Assembly (NCBI GenBank): GCA_002269645.1
Contig: NIVC01000032.1
Coordinates: 1,054,001-1,118,000 of the forward strand
Length of the DNA: 64,000 nt
Source: Macrostomum lignano
Lineage: Eukaryota
Direction of reading: 5' to 3'
Numbering within the stretch: the first letter of the stretch is position 1; each line of letters starts with the position of its first letter. The notes under the pieces were generated by a model that worked only from the letters and a program-made list of their open reading frames with translations, ran no database searches and was not told the origin of the DNA. Shown piece after piece: positions 12,801-23,822 of the stretch. Position numbers and translations under genes: made by a program.

Positions 12801-15800
12801 AAACAAACACCATATCGCTGATTCTTTGGCGCCAGAAACAAACACCATATCGCTGATTCTTTGGCGCCAGAAACAAACACCATATCGCTGATTCTTTGGC
12901 GCCAGAAACAAACACCATATCGCTGATTCTTTGGCGCCAGAAACAAACACCATATCGCTGATTCTTTGGCGCCAGAAACAAACACCATATCGCTGATTCT
13001 TTGGCGCCAGAAACAAACACCATATCGCTGATTCTTTGGCGCCAGAAACAAACACCATATCGCTGATTCTTTGGCGCCAGAAACAAACACCATATCGCTG
13101 ATTCTTTGGCGCCAGAAACAAACACCATATCGCTGATTCTTTGGCGCCAGAAACAAACACCATATCGCTGATTCTTTGGCGCCAGAAACAAACACCATAT
13201 CGCTGATTCTTTGGCGCCAGAAACAAACACCATATCGCTGATTCTTTGGCGCCAGAAACAAACACTATATCGCTGATTCTTTGGCGCCAAAAACAAACAC
13301 CATATCGCTGATATTTTGGCCCCAAAAACAGACTTTTATTTGCTAATTTCTGGCGCCAAAAACAGACAACTCTTTGAATATTTTAGCGCCAAAAGACATT
13401 TTAATATTGATATTTTTCAGCCAAAATAATACAACTTTTTGTTGATATTTTGGCGTTAAAAGTGACACTATTAATATTATTTTGGCACCAAAATGGACAC
13501 TTTTATTGATAGTTAGGTGTCAAAAAAGACAACTCATCACTGCTATTTTGAAGACTTTAAACGCCAAAAATGAACCCGATTTGAATTATTTGATTCTATT
13601 GATATGATGATTCAAATTAATAATATCTAGCGCTTTTAAGTGAAGACACTACTAATAGTTTTTACTACGACTAGAGCTATTTTCTATATTATACTAACAG
13701 AGAGAAGCCTTACTTATCAGCGGTAGATTGCCTCGCCCTAATCGCTTTGTACATCAGCGGCTGAGTGAAGCTGGGCTCGTCCAATTCGTTGTGACCCCAG
13801 CGCCTGTAGCAGACCAGATTTATAAACACGTCCCGGCGGAATACCTGCCGATAGTCCAGGGCCAAAGTTGCCGCTCTGTACACGTCAATCGGATTGTCGG
13901 CGTTAACGTGAATGACGGGCACAGCTAGGCTTTTGCCAACGTCGGTGCAGTGACGGAAACTGGAGCCGCGGTCCGACGGGGTTGTGTAACCAACCTGCGG
14001 TTTGGACGGGAGCAGATAGATCCATTGATAGAAAAACACAACCAGAAGCAGAAGACAACAGAAACTGTCTTCTGAAACAGAAACAGTAAAAGACAACAGA
14101 AAAACACAACCAGAAGCAGAAGACAACAGAAAAACACAACCAGAAAAAAAAGACAACAGAAAAACACAACCAGAAGCAGAAGACAACAGAGAAACAACCA
14201 GAAGCAGAAGAAAACAGAAAAAACAACGTACTAAAAACAGAAGCCAACAGAAAAACAGCCAAAAGCAAAAGACAGCAGTAAAACACAACCGGAAGCAGAA
14301 GAGAACAGAAAAATACAAGGTACTAGAAGCAGAAGACAATAGAAAAACACAACTAAAAGCAGAAGACAGCAGAGAAACACAACGCACCAGAAACAGATGC
14401 CAACAGAGAAACAGAAGCAGAAGACAACAGAAAAACACAACCGGAAGCAAAAGCCAACAGAAAAACACAATCGGAAGCAGAAGACAACAGAAATACAACC
14501 AGAAGCAGAATCCAACAGAAAAACACAACCAAAAGCAGAAGACAACTGAAAAACACAACCAGAAGCAGAAGACAACAGAAAAACGCTACCGGAAGCAAAG
14601 GCTAACAGAAATACACAATCGGAAGCAAAAAACAACAGAAAAACACAAGAAGAAGCAGAAAAAAAAACAGAAAAAACAACCAGAAGCAGAAGACAACAGA
14701 GAACCACAACCAGAAGCAGGAGCCAACAAAAAACAACCAGAAGAAAAAGACAATAGAAAAACACAACCAGAAAAAAGACAACAGAAAAACACAACCAAAA
14801 GCAGAAGACAACAGAAAAACACAATCAGAAGCAGAAGACAACAGAAAAACACAACCAGAATCAGAAGACAATGGAAAAAAACAACCCGGAAACAGAAGAC
14901 AACAGAAAAAAAACCAGAAGCAGAAGAAAACAGAAAAAAACAACGTACTAGAAGCAGAAGCCAACAGAAAAACAGCCAAAAGCAGAAGACAGCAGTAAAA
15001 CACAACCGGAAGCAGAAGAGAACAGAAAAATACAAGGTACTAGAAGCAGAAGACAATAGAACACAACTAAAAGCAGAAGACAGCAGAAAACATAGCCAGA
15101 AGCAGAAGACAGCAGAAAAACAACCAGAAGCAGAAGACAGTGTAAGACAGCAGAGCACACCTACCAAAAATAGCAATCAGCTCACCTGATTATTAACCAC
15201 AATATGAATAGTGCCACCAATGCTGTAGTGAGGAACCTCGGCCATAGCCAGGGTCTCGTACACAATGCCTTGGCCAACAATAGACGCGTCACCGTGAATT
15301 AACACGCAACAGGTGAAATCGCCATTTCTACTACTACTACTGCTACCCTCAGTAGTATCCTCACGATAATCTCCTTCACCAAGTCGTTGCATTTTTGATC
15401 GAGTCTTACCAGCAGCCACTGGTACGCAAGCTTCTAAATGAGACGGATTAGGAATTAACGATACCGTAATGCTCTTCTCTCCGTAGCGCTTGGCAACAGA
15501 TTGGAAATAATGCGAGAACGTGTCGCCAGTGAAGCCTTCGGTTTCAGTGCAACCGTCTGGAAATTCGCTCAACCCGCGCATCTTTCTAAAGTACAGATGA
15601 GCCGGCAAGTCCAATAGTACGGTTAATAGATTATTCCGACCCCGATGAGCAATGCCAACAATCATATTGCTAAGGCCAGCGGTTGAGCAACCGCGCTCAA
15701 TCAGCCTATCCATAGCAACTAATAAGCTTTCGCAGCCTTCGCCGCCGTAGCGTTTTACCGAACCGAATTTTGCGCCAAGAAATTCGTCAACTATTTGAGA

Positions 15801-16912
15801 CTGAGACATCACTTCGGCCATGCGGACAAGCTCCGTTCTGCAATTTGTTATCAGTTTTATTGTCCCCTGTTTTAGCAGAAGCAATTCCATTCAAACTGTT
15901 TGAGGTTGTCTGCTCACCCCCGACTAGCCTTACTTTATGTGCTCAACCTAGCTTAAACGCTACTTGATCTTCTTAGCCTACTCAAATAGCGACTGAACCT
16001 ACTTAATCACTATCTAAACATAGGTGCACTCAATCGCTACTCAACCTACTCAATCGCTACTCAACCTACTCAATCGCTACTCAACCTACTCAATTCGCTA
16101 CTCAACCTACTCAATTCGCTACTCAACCTACTCAATTCGCTACTCAACCTGCTCGATAGCTACATCAACATAATCAATAAGTAGCTACATCAACCTATTC
16201 AATAGCTACCTCAACCTATTCAATAGCTACCTCAACCTACTCAATAGCTACTCAACCTACTTAAATCGCTACTCAACTTACTCAAATCGCTACTCAACAT
16301 ACCTAAACCGCTACTGAACCGATTCAAATCTTTATTAACAACTCACTCATTAGGATTAAACTCCTCTCGACAAGCTTCAAACCGCTTAGCAAACCAGATT
16401 CTCTCCCTCCAATCGGCCAGGTGATCAAATTCGGCAGACAACTGACCGCAATATATTGTTTCTAATTGTTTAGCCAAATCTCCAAGTCGAGTTGCACAAG
16501 AACTAAAATCTGATGGTATCGAATCGACAGAGACAGCTTCATCAGGATTAATTCTATTTAACAGATTCGACAGTTCCTTGTCAACTTCTTTGCTAGCTAA
16601 GCCAAGAGGATCAAGAGCCGCCTGACGATGCCCGTGACGCCGATAAAGATCAATTAATCGCCTAGCAACGGGATGGCAACCGAGCGACAAAGACTCATTA
16701 GCCGCCTGATGGGGAATGGTATCAGCAGGCGGTTCATCTCTGTGGCCATAGACAAATCCTGCGGTGCGGTAGTGCCGGATGTGGCCATAGACAAATCCTG
16801 CCGTGCGGGAGTGCCGGATGTGGCCATAGACAAATCCTGCCGTGCGGTAGTACCGCATTTGTATACAGCAAGCCAGTCGAGTCAAACGACTGCACATTGC
16901 CAGCAGAGGCAT
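9445..16912 (-). CDS. DHTKD1: 2-oxoadipate dehydrogenase E1 component, mitochondrial (DHTKD1), 6 exons, 953 aa
   Basis: Model join(16912-16347,15837-15186,13994-13714,12521-11714,10882-10697,9813-9445): all GT-AG, phases consistent, 2862 nt. Motifs [30 protein letters not shown] (ThDP-binding), [68 protein letters not shown]-terminal T.GFVYG and C-terminal PAVGIG favour DHTKD1 over OGDH. Confidence 0.93.
9838..10640. repeat. 32-bp minisatellite in DHTKD1 intron 5
   Basis: (GTACATTCTGGGGCAGGGGGAAACGGCTCAGT)n, about 21 good units plus degenerate ones. Confidence 0.95.
10697..10882 (-). CDS. DHTKD1: DHTKD1 exon 5
   Basis: [33 protein letters not shown]; donor GTGAGA. Confidence 0.92.
11050..11600. 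repeat. 15-16-bp minisatellite in DHTKD1 intron 4
   Basis: (GAAGATTCGAGTTTGT)n; same family as 4005-4640. Confidence 0.92.
11714..12521 (-). CDS. DHTKD1: DHTKD1 exon 4
   Basis: Transketolase pyrimidine-binding-type region; acceptor TCCAG, donor GTAGAT. Confidence 0.92.
12650..13560. repeat. 35-bp minisatellite in DHTKD1 intron 3
   Basis: (GCGCCAGAAACAAACACCATATCGCTGATTCTTTG)n; near-perfect core at ~12770-13290 with decaying flanks. Confidence 0.95.
13714..13994 (-). CDS. DHTKD1: DHTKD1 exon 3
   Basis: VGYTTP ... WGHNELDEP; acceptor CCGCAG, donor GTAAGG. Confidence 0.92.
14030..15165. repeat. ~30-bp A-rich minisatellite in DHTKD1 intron 2
   Basis: (CAGAAGCAGAAGACAACAGAAAAACACAAC)n with higher-order blocks (~14220-14370 recurs at ~14940-15080). 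Confidence 0.92.
15186..15837 (-). CDS. DHTKD1: DHTKD1 exon 2
   Basis: KRYGGEG ... IVVNNQ; acceptor TTGCAG, donor GTGAGC. Confidence 0.92.
16030..16320. repeat. 20-21-bp minisatellite in DHTKD1 intron 1
   Basis: (CTACTCAATCGCTACTCAAC)n. Confidence 0.88.
16347..16912 (-). CDS. DHTKD1: DHTKD1 exon 1
   Basis: [16 protein letters not shown] (mitochondrial-leader-like); donor GTGAGT at 16346. Confidence 0.85.
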
Positions 16913-17256
16913 TGCTTTAACCCCGTGCGTGTTTTTTAAAGATGTTTTTCTGTAATATTTTCGCAAAACTACTGTTAGTAGGATAGAAAAAAAGTATTAA
17001 GATGACTGCACATCGGAGATTTCTGGAGTTGAACAGACGAAACGAAGTGGGGGAAGCATGCATTAAAATAACATATTATTTAGTAAAGCTTTAAATGCAC
17101 AGTTTAAATGTTTTCTATGAAATAAACCTCTATTAAAGGCACTTTCAGTTTGACGGGGAAAAAACCTAAATGGGTGACATAGAGAGACTTAGACATGAAG
17201 TTATAGACCAGAAAAGAAAGACCCGGTACGAAAAAGAGAAACAAAGACCTAATGAA

Positions 17257-17550
17257 GGGGGCCGTAGCCTAGTAGTCTAACGCGGCGCTCTTATGTGCCA
17301 GCGGCCCAGGCTCGATTTCAAGTGCAGTCACATTAATTTGGGGCTGAATTGGAATCTCGGCTTGGCTCTGCTCGTGCAATTAACGCCCTTGAGGCCCAAC
17401 CCCCAAGGCACAGTGAAGTGTACATGCCTAACGATAAAAAGTTAGGGCCGCTGTACACTCCTGTGTGAGTGTGTGCCTGCGCGAATGACTGCGTACGCAT
17501 CCGCGCGCTTGTGTGCCTGCTCAGGGGGTCGGCGGAATGGGCAGCAATGC
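17257..17550 (+). mobile_element. tRNA-derived SINE-like repeat, copy 2
   Basis: GGGGGCCGTAGCCTAGTAG...GGCTCGATTTC head; body matches 6449-6740. Confidence 0.7.
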
Positions 17551-18499
17551 CTCTCGCCGGTTGTGTGACAATGTCGCTTAAAGTGCGCCAGGGTCTGGAG
17601 TCTGGAGTAACAAAGACCAACTAGAAGATAAAAGGCAACTAAGCTTTCCTACACTATTAAAAGTTTCAATTTTAACAAATTAAAAAAAGCCAAAAGACTG
17701 AATACAATACAATATAGTTAATAGTAAACCATTTTAATGACTTTGAAAAGTTAGATAAATGACAAAGACAAAACAAATATTTTAGATGCTATACACAGAA
17801 AAAGTTAACAGACGAAAAAGTTCACAGGACCAGCAATAAATCAGTTGAGTAAATTGAATTACAAATTAAATTATACAGTCTTTGCAGCATAGAAAAATAC
17901 AGTTGGACACAACAAAGACAGATAGAAGATAGGATCTTATGATTAATTTAAGTACACTACACAATTAAAACTAACTAAATAATTGATTACGCATATACAT
18001 ACATACATAATAGCGAGTTACTCACTGAATTCAATGCCAAAGAGTACAATGATAACAAAGAACGAATGACGATTAGCAACTGAGAAACGATATATAAGCA
18101 ATGTTATGTGACGCTACTATTATAATTCTTAAAATTTAGCAAGGAAATTTGTGCATTAGAAAACTGATTAAAAATATAATCACTGCTACATTAAATGATA
18201 GTATTTTAATGATTACTGTGATTACTTAAAATGAAATAAAAAGGAAGATAAACGTTCTTTACAACAAAATAGGCGTAGGCAACTTAAAGCAGAATTAAAG
18301 CAGTTTTTTAGATTTTTAAGAACATAAAAAACTTGCAGAGCTGCATGTACATAACCATACTTGCTATGCTAAGATATACTATAAAAAGTTTATCATATTC
18401 TAAACTATTTATTATTATATACCGGTATTATAGAATAGGCTGTGTACAGCTGTTCAGTCCAAGGACTGGGGGGGGGGGTTCGCCACACACACTCTCAAT

Positions 18500-18650
18500 T
18501 AATTGTAATTACCCCGGCTAATGCTGGCACCCATTTTACAGCTGGGTGAACTGAAGCAACACAGAGTTAAGTGTCTTGCTCAAAAACACAAATTGTTCCG
18601 AGTGGGTCGAGAATCGAACCCCCGACCTCTCAGTCGTTAGTCCAACGCAG
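18500..18650 (-). mobile_element. CORE-SINE (MIR-like) fragment
   Basis: Reverse strand reads B-box GGTTCGATTC, then TGAGCAAGACACTTAACTCTGTGTTGCTTCAGTTCACCCAGCTGTAAAATGGG, resembling the MIR CORE (GGGCAAGTTACTTAACCTCTCTGTGCCTCAGTTTCCTCATCTGTAAAATGGG). Confidence 0.65.
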
Positions 18651-18941
18651 CTGTTTTTGCCCATTAGCTTTATTCTCAACTTCACGATCTGTTTTGCACA
18701 TAGAAATCACTTATTTTTTACAAAGTCATTGTGTTATTTTGTCTCGGGTAGCATATTTTTAGACCCTCAAATGTTTCGCCTCCTACTTAAGTAGTATATA
18801 TAGTTCATATAGTTCAACCAGAAAAGAAGTTCATACTATGCAAACAGTACAATATCTATAAACAACAAGCGATATAAGCTGCCAAGAAAGATATGACAAT
18901 TATAGGTACACGAGTAATAGAGTAACGCATATGTCAGACAC

Positions 18942-21900
18942 TCATCGAGCAGACACCCTGGCAACTACCACTCGCTTCCGCGTTCCGGAACTAGCAGCGC
19001 TAGGCACAGTGACGGCAGCAGACTTCCTAACGTACACAGGATCAGTCGCTGCAGGTTCAACAGTTGAATTTGAAGACGACGCAGCGGAGGAATCCAATCG
19101 AGCTTTTTTAGTAGCAGATCCGCCATTTTCTTTAGTTCGAATAGCTACCGCCGGTTGTTGCTGTTGCGAGGCGCTGCTGTTCAAAGCTACAAATGCTCGA
19201 AAAACGTTTGGCGATATTTCGTCGTGCAATTTTCGATACAGCGGACCGGCCCCTCTGGTGTTTAACAATACGGGAGTGACTGTCGTTGTTGCAGTTGCTG
19301 CTGCCGCTGCTACTGCGATCGGTTGTTGAACGATAATCTTCTCTTTGGGTACCGTACTTTCTAGTGACTGTTCTTTTGGTTGTTCCTGATTTAGCACCTG
19401 TTGTGCAATAGGCTGCTGCTTTCGTCTATATGGATGGTAAAGCTTTGGATCAGCTGATAAAGGTTTATCTGTTGGCTGAAATCTTGCTCTTTGTTGACTG
19501 CCTATGTCCCCTCTTTTAGTAGACAGTAGATCGGCTTTTGACACTCGAACAACTTGAATGGGATTCGATTGATTATCTAATGAAGGCAGCTGCTGACGCG
19601 AACAAGAAGGATTTGAGTCGGATGGATCGGTGAAATTTTGCATCGACAAAGACGATTGTTGAGTTTCCGATAGAGGAGGAACGACGTTAAAATTAATGTT
19701 GATTGCAGCGTCTGGGTCTACGAGGATATCGGATGCGGCCGATCCTGTGGTTGATGAAGCCTGAAGAGGCTGAGGCATCGGTGGAGACTGCTGTTGCTGG
19801 GCAGATGCAATAATTCTCATTGGTTTGTCGCATTTTCGTTTACGACGATTGTTGGGTTCGATTGATCCACTAGGAGCAACAGATTCGTCTTGCGTCTCTG
19901 CGGCAGAGCCTTTCAATTCGGGCTGTGACCCACTGCTCTGCTGCGTCTCCTGCCCCTGTTGAGCCAAGAAGCCTGCCCAATCAATCTCGCGGGGCGCTAC
20001 AGCTGCAGACGTTGTTTTACGTCGCGAATGCTTTGGCGGCAATTGTGGCTTAACAGAAATCGGATTCGAACTAACGACCACGGTTCGTACAGCAATCGAA
20101 GACTGCGGAGAAGGCAAAAGAGGAGTAGATGAAGGTTCAGGCGTTGTTTCGCCTCCATTAACTGGCAAAGTCATGGAAGTTGAAGATGGTCCAGATTGAA
20201 CTGTAGATTGAACCGGAAGTTGCAGAGCTAATTTACTAAGATGAACTAAAGGATGCTGCTGCTGTTGTTGCGATTGCTGAGCTGGCTTTGGATGATGCGC
20301 CGCTACAGGGTCTACAGGAGTCGACACCGTGCGAATGCCTACCTGACCAACAGCTGGTCCACCATCTTGCAGCTTCCTATAGTAGCGCGAATTTGGCGCG
20401 TCCCAACTGATTGGCGCCGGTGCTGGACTTTTGGGGTGCAACTTTTGGGCAGCAGATATTTGTTGTTGTTGCAATTTCTGCTTCTGTTGTTTCTTCTGCC
20501 GCTCCATAGCAGCTTCGGCGGTTAAGTCTACAATCGGAGTTTCGTGTACAACATTCACCACGTTTACAGCTGGGCGACCCCGACCCCTGTGAGTAGTCGG
20601 GTGAGACTTGCTAGTAGTGGAAGGCTCAACTGCAGGTGCGGCAGATGGAAGTGGCAACTCTGGCAGCGTGAAAGACTCGGCTTCAAGCTCGGCAGCTACC
20701 GGTGGAGTTGGTGGCAACTCGTTATGGTAACTATCGCCAGCAGTACCGGCTAAGGTAGTGTCTTCGCTGCAAACCTCGGCCGAGACTTCGACGCAAGCGT
20801 CCTCTTCAATGTGCTGCGATTCAGAATCTGACGATGAAGAGACGGCTTCGTTGCAGAAGCTCGAATCTGACTTGCGATTATTCTTATCTTGCTTGCTGCT
20901 GCTGCTAGTAGAGGTCTTATTAGTGATGTTGTCCTTCTTTTTTCTTTCACTAATAGTGACACTATGGACAACAGGAGACGCAGAAACTCTTGTGCGACTG
21001 GATGAACTGCTTCTGTTATTAGGACTTGTTGAAGACTTATCAGACGACTGGTTTTGAGTCAGATTCTTTAGATCCCCCGCAGGATGTCGACGCTTTCCAA
21101 GACGTTTAATGTCAGTAGCAGCAGGTGCAGATGGTGTCGCTGGGTTACAGCTTGCAGCTACAGATGTTGCAGTCGATGACCTTTGCTGCCTTGAGTTGCT
21201 TACTGACCTTTGCTGCTTTTGCTGATATGCCTGTTTTGTCTTCGGTTCCTGTTTATTCTGTTGTTCAAGCTTCCCTGATTGCTTTGGATTCTTCGGGTGT
21301 TCCTGTTTCTTCTTCAGCTCCTTTTCCTGTTTATCTTGATTCTTCGATTGTTGCGGCTTCTTTTGCTGCTCTGACTTCTGCTGTTCTAGCTTCTTCTGCT
21401 GCTCTTGCTTCTTTTGCTGTTCTTGCTTCTTTTGCTGCTCTTGCTTCTGCTGTTCTAGCTTCTTCTGCTGCTCTTGCTTCTTTTGCTGTTCTTGCTTCTT
21501 TTGCTGCTCTAGCTTTTTTTGCTGTTCTTGCTTCTTTTGCTGTTCTTGCTTCTTTTGCTGCTCTTGCTTCTTTTGCTGTTCTTGCTTCTTTTGCTGCTCT
21601 TGCTTCTTTTGCTGTTCTTGCTTCTTTTGCTGTTCTTGCTTCTTTTGCTGTTCTTGCTTCTTTTGCTGTTCTTGCTTCTTTTGCTGCTCTTGCTTCTTCT
21701 GCTGTTCTAGCTTCTGCTGCTCTTGCTTCTTTTGCTGCTCTTGCTTCTTTTGCTGCTCTTGCTTCCTTTGCTGTTCTTGCTTCTTCTGCTGCTCTAGCTT
21801 ATTTTGCTGTTCTTGCTTCTTTTGCTGTTCTTGCTTCTTTTGCTGTTCTTGCTTCTTTTGCTGTTCTTGCTTCTTTTGCTGTTCTTGCTTCTTTTGCTGT

Positions 21901-22250
21901 TCTTGCTTCTTTTGCTGCTCTTGCTTCTTCTGTTGTTGTAGCTTCTTTTGTTGTTCTAGTTTCTGCTGCTCTTGTTCTTTTTGCTTCTGCTGCTCCTGCC
22001 TCCGCTGCTCTTCGTGCCAATGCTTTCTCTGCTTTTTGTGCTTCTGCTCCTGCTTTTGCTGCCTGACTTTCTTTTTCGACACACTTAGTGGGCTAACCGA
22101 AACAACAGGACGGGAAATTCTACTGCCACTGCGAAGCTGCTTGTGACGATTCTGTTGAATTGCTTTGCTTTTTTGTCGCATGATTCTGCTTTTAACAGCT
22201 GTTGTTTTTTTTGGCTGGATGACTGTCTTTTTGGCATGCAAAGAGTTTAA
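18942..22250 (-). CDS. Large low-complexity Q/S/P-rich protein exon with a (QQKKQE)n coding repeat; probably nuclear, function unknown
   Basis: 3.3-kb stop-free frame in AT-rich flanks; basic clusters, AT-hook-like RGRGRP and an IVDLT motif. 5' boundary (start or acceptor) uncertain. Confidence 0.65.
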   Translation of the reverse strand, partial: LNSLHAKKTVIQPKKTTAVKSRIMRQKSKAIQQNRHKQLRSGSRISRPVVSVSPLSVSKKKVRQQKQEQKHKKQRKHWHEEQRRQEQQKQKEQEQQKLEQQKKLQQQKKQEQQKKQEQQKKQEQQKKQEQQKKQEQQKKQEQQKKQEQQNKLEQQKKQEQQRKQEQQKKQEQQKKQEQQKLEQQKKQEQQKKQEQQKKQEQQKKQEQQKKQEQQKKQEQQKKQEQQKKQEQQKKQEQQKKQEQQKKLEQQKKQEQQKKQEQQKKLEQQKQEQQKKQEQQKKQEQQKKLEQQKSEQQKKPQQSKNQDKQEKELKKKQEHPKNPKQSGKLEQQNKQEPKTKQAYQQKQQRSVSNSRQQRSSTATSVAASCNPATPSAPAATDIKRLGKRRHPAGDLKNLTQNQSSDKSSTSPNNRSSSSSRTRVSASPVVHSVTISERKKKDNITNKTSTSSSSKQDKNNRKSDSSFCNEAVSSSSDSESQHIEEDACVEVSAEVCSEDTTLAGTAGDSYHNELPPTPPVAAELEAESFTLPELPLPSAAPAVEPSTTSKSHPTTHRGRGRPAVNVVNVVHETPIVDLTAEAAMERQKKQQKQKLQQQQISAAQKLHPKSPAPAPISWDAPNSRYYRKLQDGGPAVGQVGIRTVSTPVDPVAAHHPKPAQQSQQQQQHPLVHLSKLALQLPVQSTVQSGPSSTSMTLPVNGGETTPEPSSTPLLPSPQSSIAVRTVVVSSNPISVKPQLPPKHSRRKTTSAAVAPREIDWAGFLAQQGQETQQSSGSQPELKGSAAETQDESVAPSGSIEPNNRRKRKCDKPMRIIASAQQQQSPPMPQPLQASSTTGSAASDILVDPDAAININFNVVPPLSETQQSSLSMQNFTDPSDSNPSCSRQQLPSLDNQSNPIQVVRVSKADLLSTKRGDIGSQQRARFQPTDKPLSADPKLYHPYRRKQQPIAQQVLNQEQPKEQSLESTVPKEKIIVQQPIAVAAAAATATTTVTPVLLNTRGAGPLYRKLHDEISPNVFRAFVALNSSASQQQQPAVAIRTKENGGSATKKARLDSSAASSSNSTVEPAATDPVYVRKSAAVTVPSAASSGTRKRVVVARVSAR
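21370..21990 (-). repeat. 18-bp coding minisatellite encoding QQKKQE
   Basis: (CAGCAAAAGAAGCAAGAA)n on the minus strand, in frame throughout. Confidence 0.9.
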
Positions 22251-22922
22251 AAAATATACTTTATATTTAATTATAACAGTATCAATTAAAACAAACTTCA
22301 AATAAAACCCACAGTATTAAATCTATGATGATATTTTAATTTTTTCATACTGATTTGTTAGATAAAAAATTGCTACTATTTTAAAAAGCTAATAAATAAT
22401 GGCATTATTGTGATATATTGGCTTTCTTTTATAATGTTTTGCTTAATTATATTAAAATCTAAAGTATGATATAGAAGAAAAAAAATTTTAAATAGATATC
22501 TAAAATACAAGAAGTCTTGCAAAAGTTTCTAAACTAATGCTTACATGTATAATATATATCATTTTTGCTCAGTTTTGATAAAACTAAATTAATATTTGTT
22601 TTAACCATAGGCAAATTTTAAGCTAAAATTAGGCAAATTTTAAGCTAAAATTTATAAATATTAGATAGTCATAAAATAGCAAAATAAAAAGCAAATTTTT
22701 TAATCTATATTAAAATTTTAGCTCTAAGTTTCTCTGTAAACAAAACAAATACAACTTCTGTTTTAACCAAATAAAGCAAAATGTGTAGACATGGTAAGCA
22801 TTAATCAACTATATAGGTATATTTAGTGTTTATATTGTTGCAAAAATATAAACCTATGTTAAATTATCATAGAAATGGACATGGCTTTAAGAAGTTATAG
22901 ATATAAAGGTTTTTAGAACATA

Positions 22923-23822
22923 CTAGTGCAGCCCCCTTCGGGGCGCCCAATAAGCAAGGAGCAAAAATAGTTCATGGAAAACAATTAAAAAAGCACATTT
23001 TCTTAAGAACCAATTCCTTCTTCACTTTTAAAAATCACCTGATTTGTGTAAAATTGTCACGGAAAAAGGTGTTTGCTATGAATAACTTTTTTCTCTAAAT
23101 TTAACAGACAACAAAATATAGCTCCCACTAAATATATAATTCCCAAGACAGCAAGCATCCCCCAGATAGCAAGCAACCCCACAAAAATAAGCAACTGCAG
23201 ATAGTAAGCATCCCCTAATGCTCATAGCAAGCATCACACCAGATAGCAAGCATCTGCAGATAGCAAGCATCCCCCAGATAGCAAGCATCACTCTAGATAG
23301 CAAGCATCACCCCAGATAGCAAGTATCTGCAGATAGCAAGCATCCCCCAGATAGAAGCATCCAACAGATAGCAAGCATTCTGCAGATAGCAAGAATCCCT
23401 AAATAGCAAGCATCTTTAGATAGAAAGAATCCCATACTTGTAGCCATTTACCCCTCTCCAAAATAGCAAGTATCCCCCCTCGAGAGCAAGCATCCTCCAG
23501 ATAGCAAGCATCTGTGAGACAGCAAGTAGCTAGTACAAATGTTACCTCCGCTAATGCAATAATTATTTTCTCAGGTTGTGCAACAATCTGTCTCAGCGAG
23601 CGCAACAATCAGCTTCTCAGCTAGTGCAATAATCATTTACTTATCAAGTCCAAAAATTGAGATCTCAGCTAGTGCAATAGACCTTTCTAATCTAGTGCAA
23701 TAATCCTTGGCTTATCAAGTGCAAAATTCCTTGGTTTATCAAGTGCAATAATCTTGGATTTGTATTCATGGAATAATACGGATTTGTGGAATCTTGTATT
23801 TTAGTATATGGATAGATATAGA
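22923..23822 (-). mobile_element. Non-autonomous Helitron (~900 bp) with an internal ~18-bp minisatellite
   Basis: Minus strand: A|TCTATATC 5' end; 3' hairpin GCCCC-GAAG-GGGGC followed by TGCACTAG|T; AT target; (CAGATAGCAAGCATC)n at ~23130-23520. An alternative 5' TC at 23816 is possible. Confidence 0.75.

Noticed and set aside
12770-13290. 35-bp array as a possible CRISPR
   Set aside because: Head-to-tail repeats without unique spacers, in a spliceosomal intron.
9664-15176. Long ORFs in the track overlapping minisatellites (9664-10601, 12604-13325, 13903-15176; also 5636, 7400, 7919)
   Set aside because: Translations of tandem repeats inside introns or spacers; no domain content.
21125-22066. 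313-aa plus-strand hydrophobic ORF
   Set aside because: Antisense shadow of the QQKKQE coding repeat.
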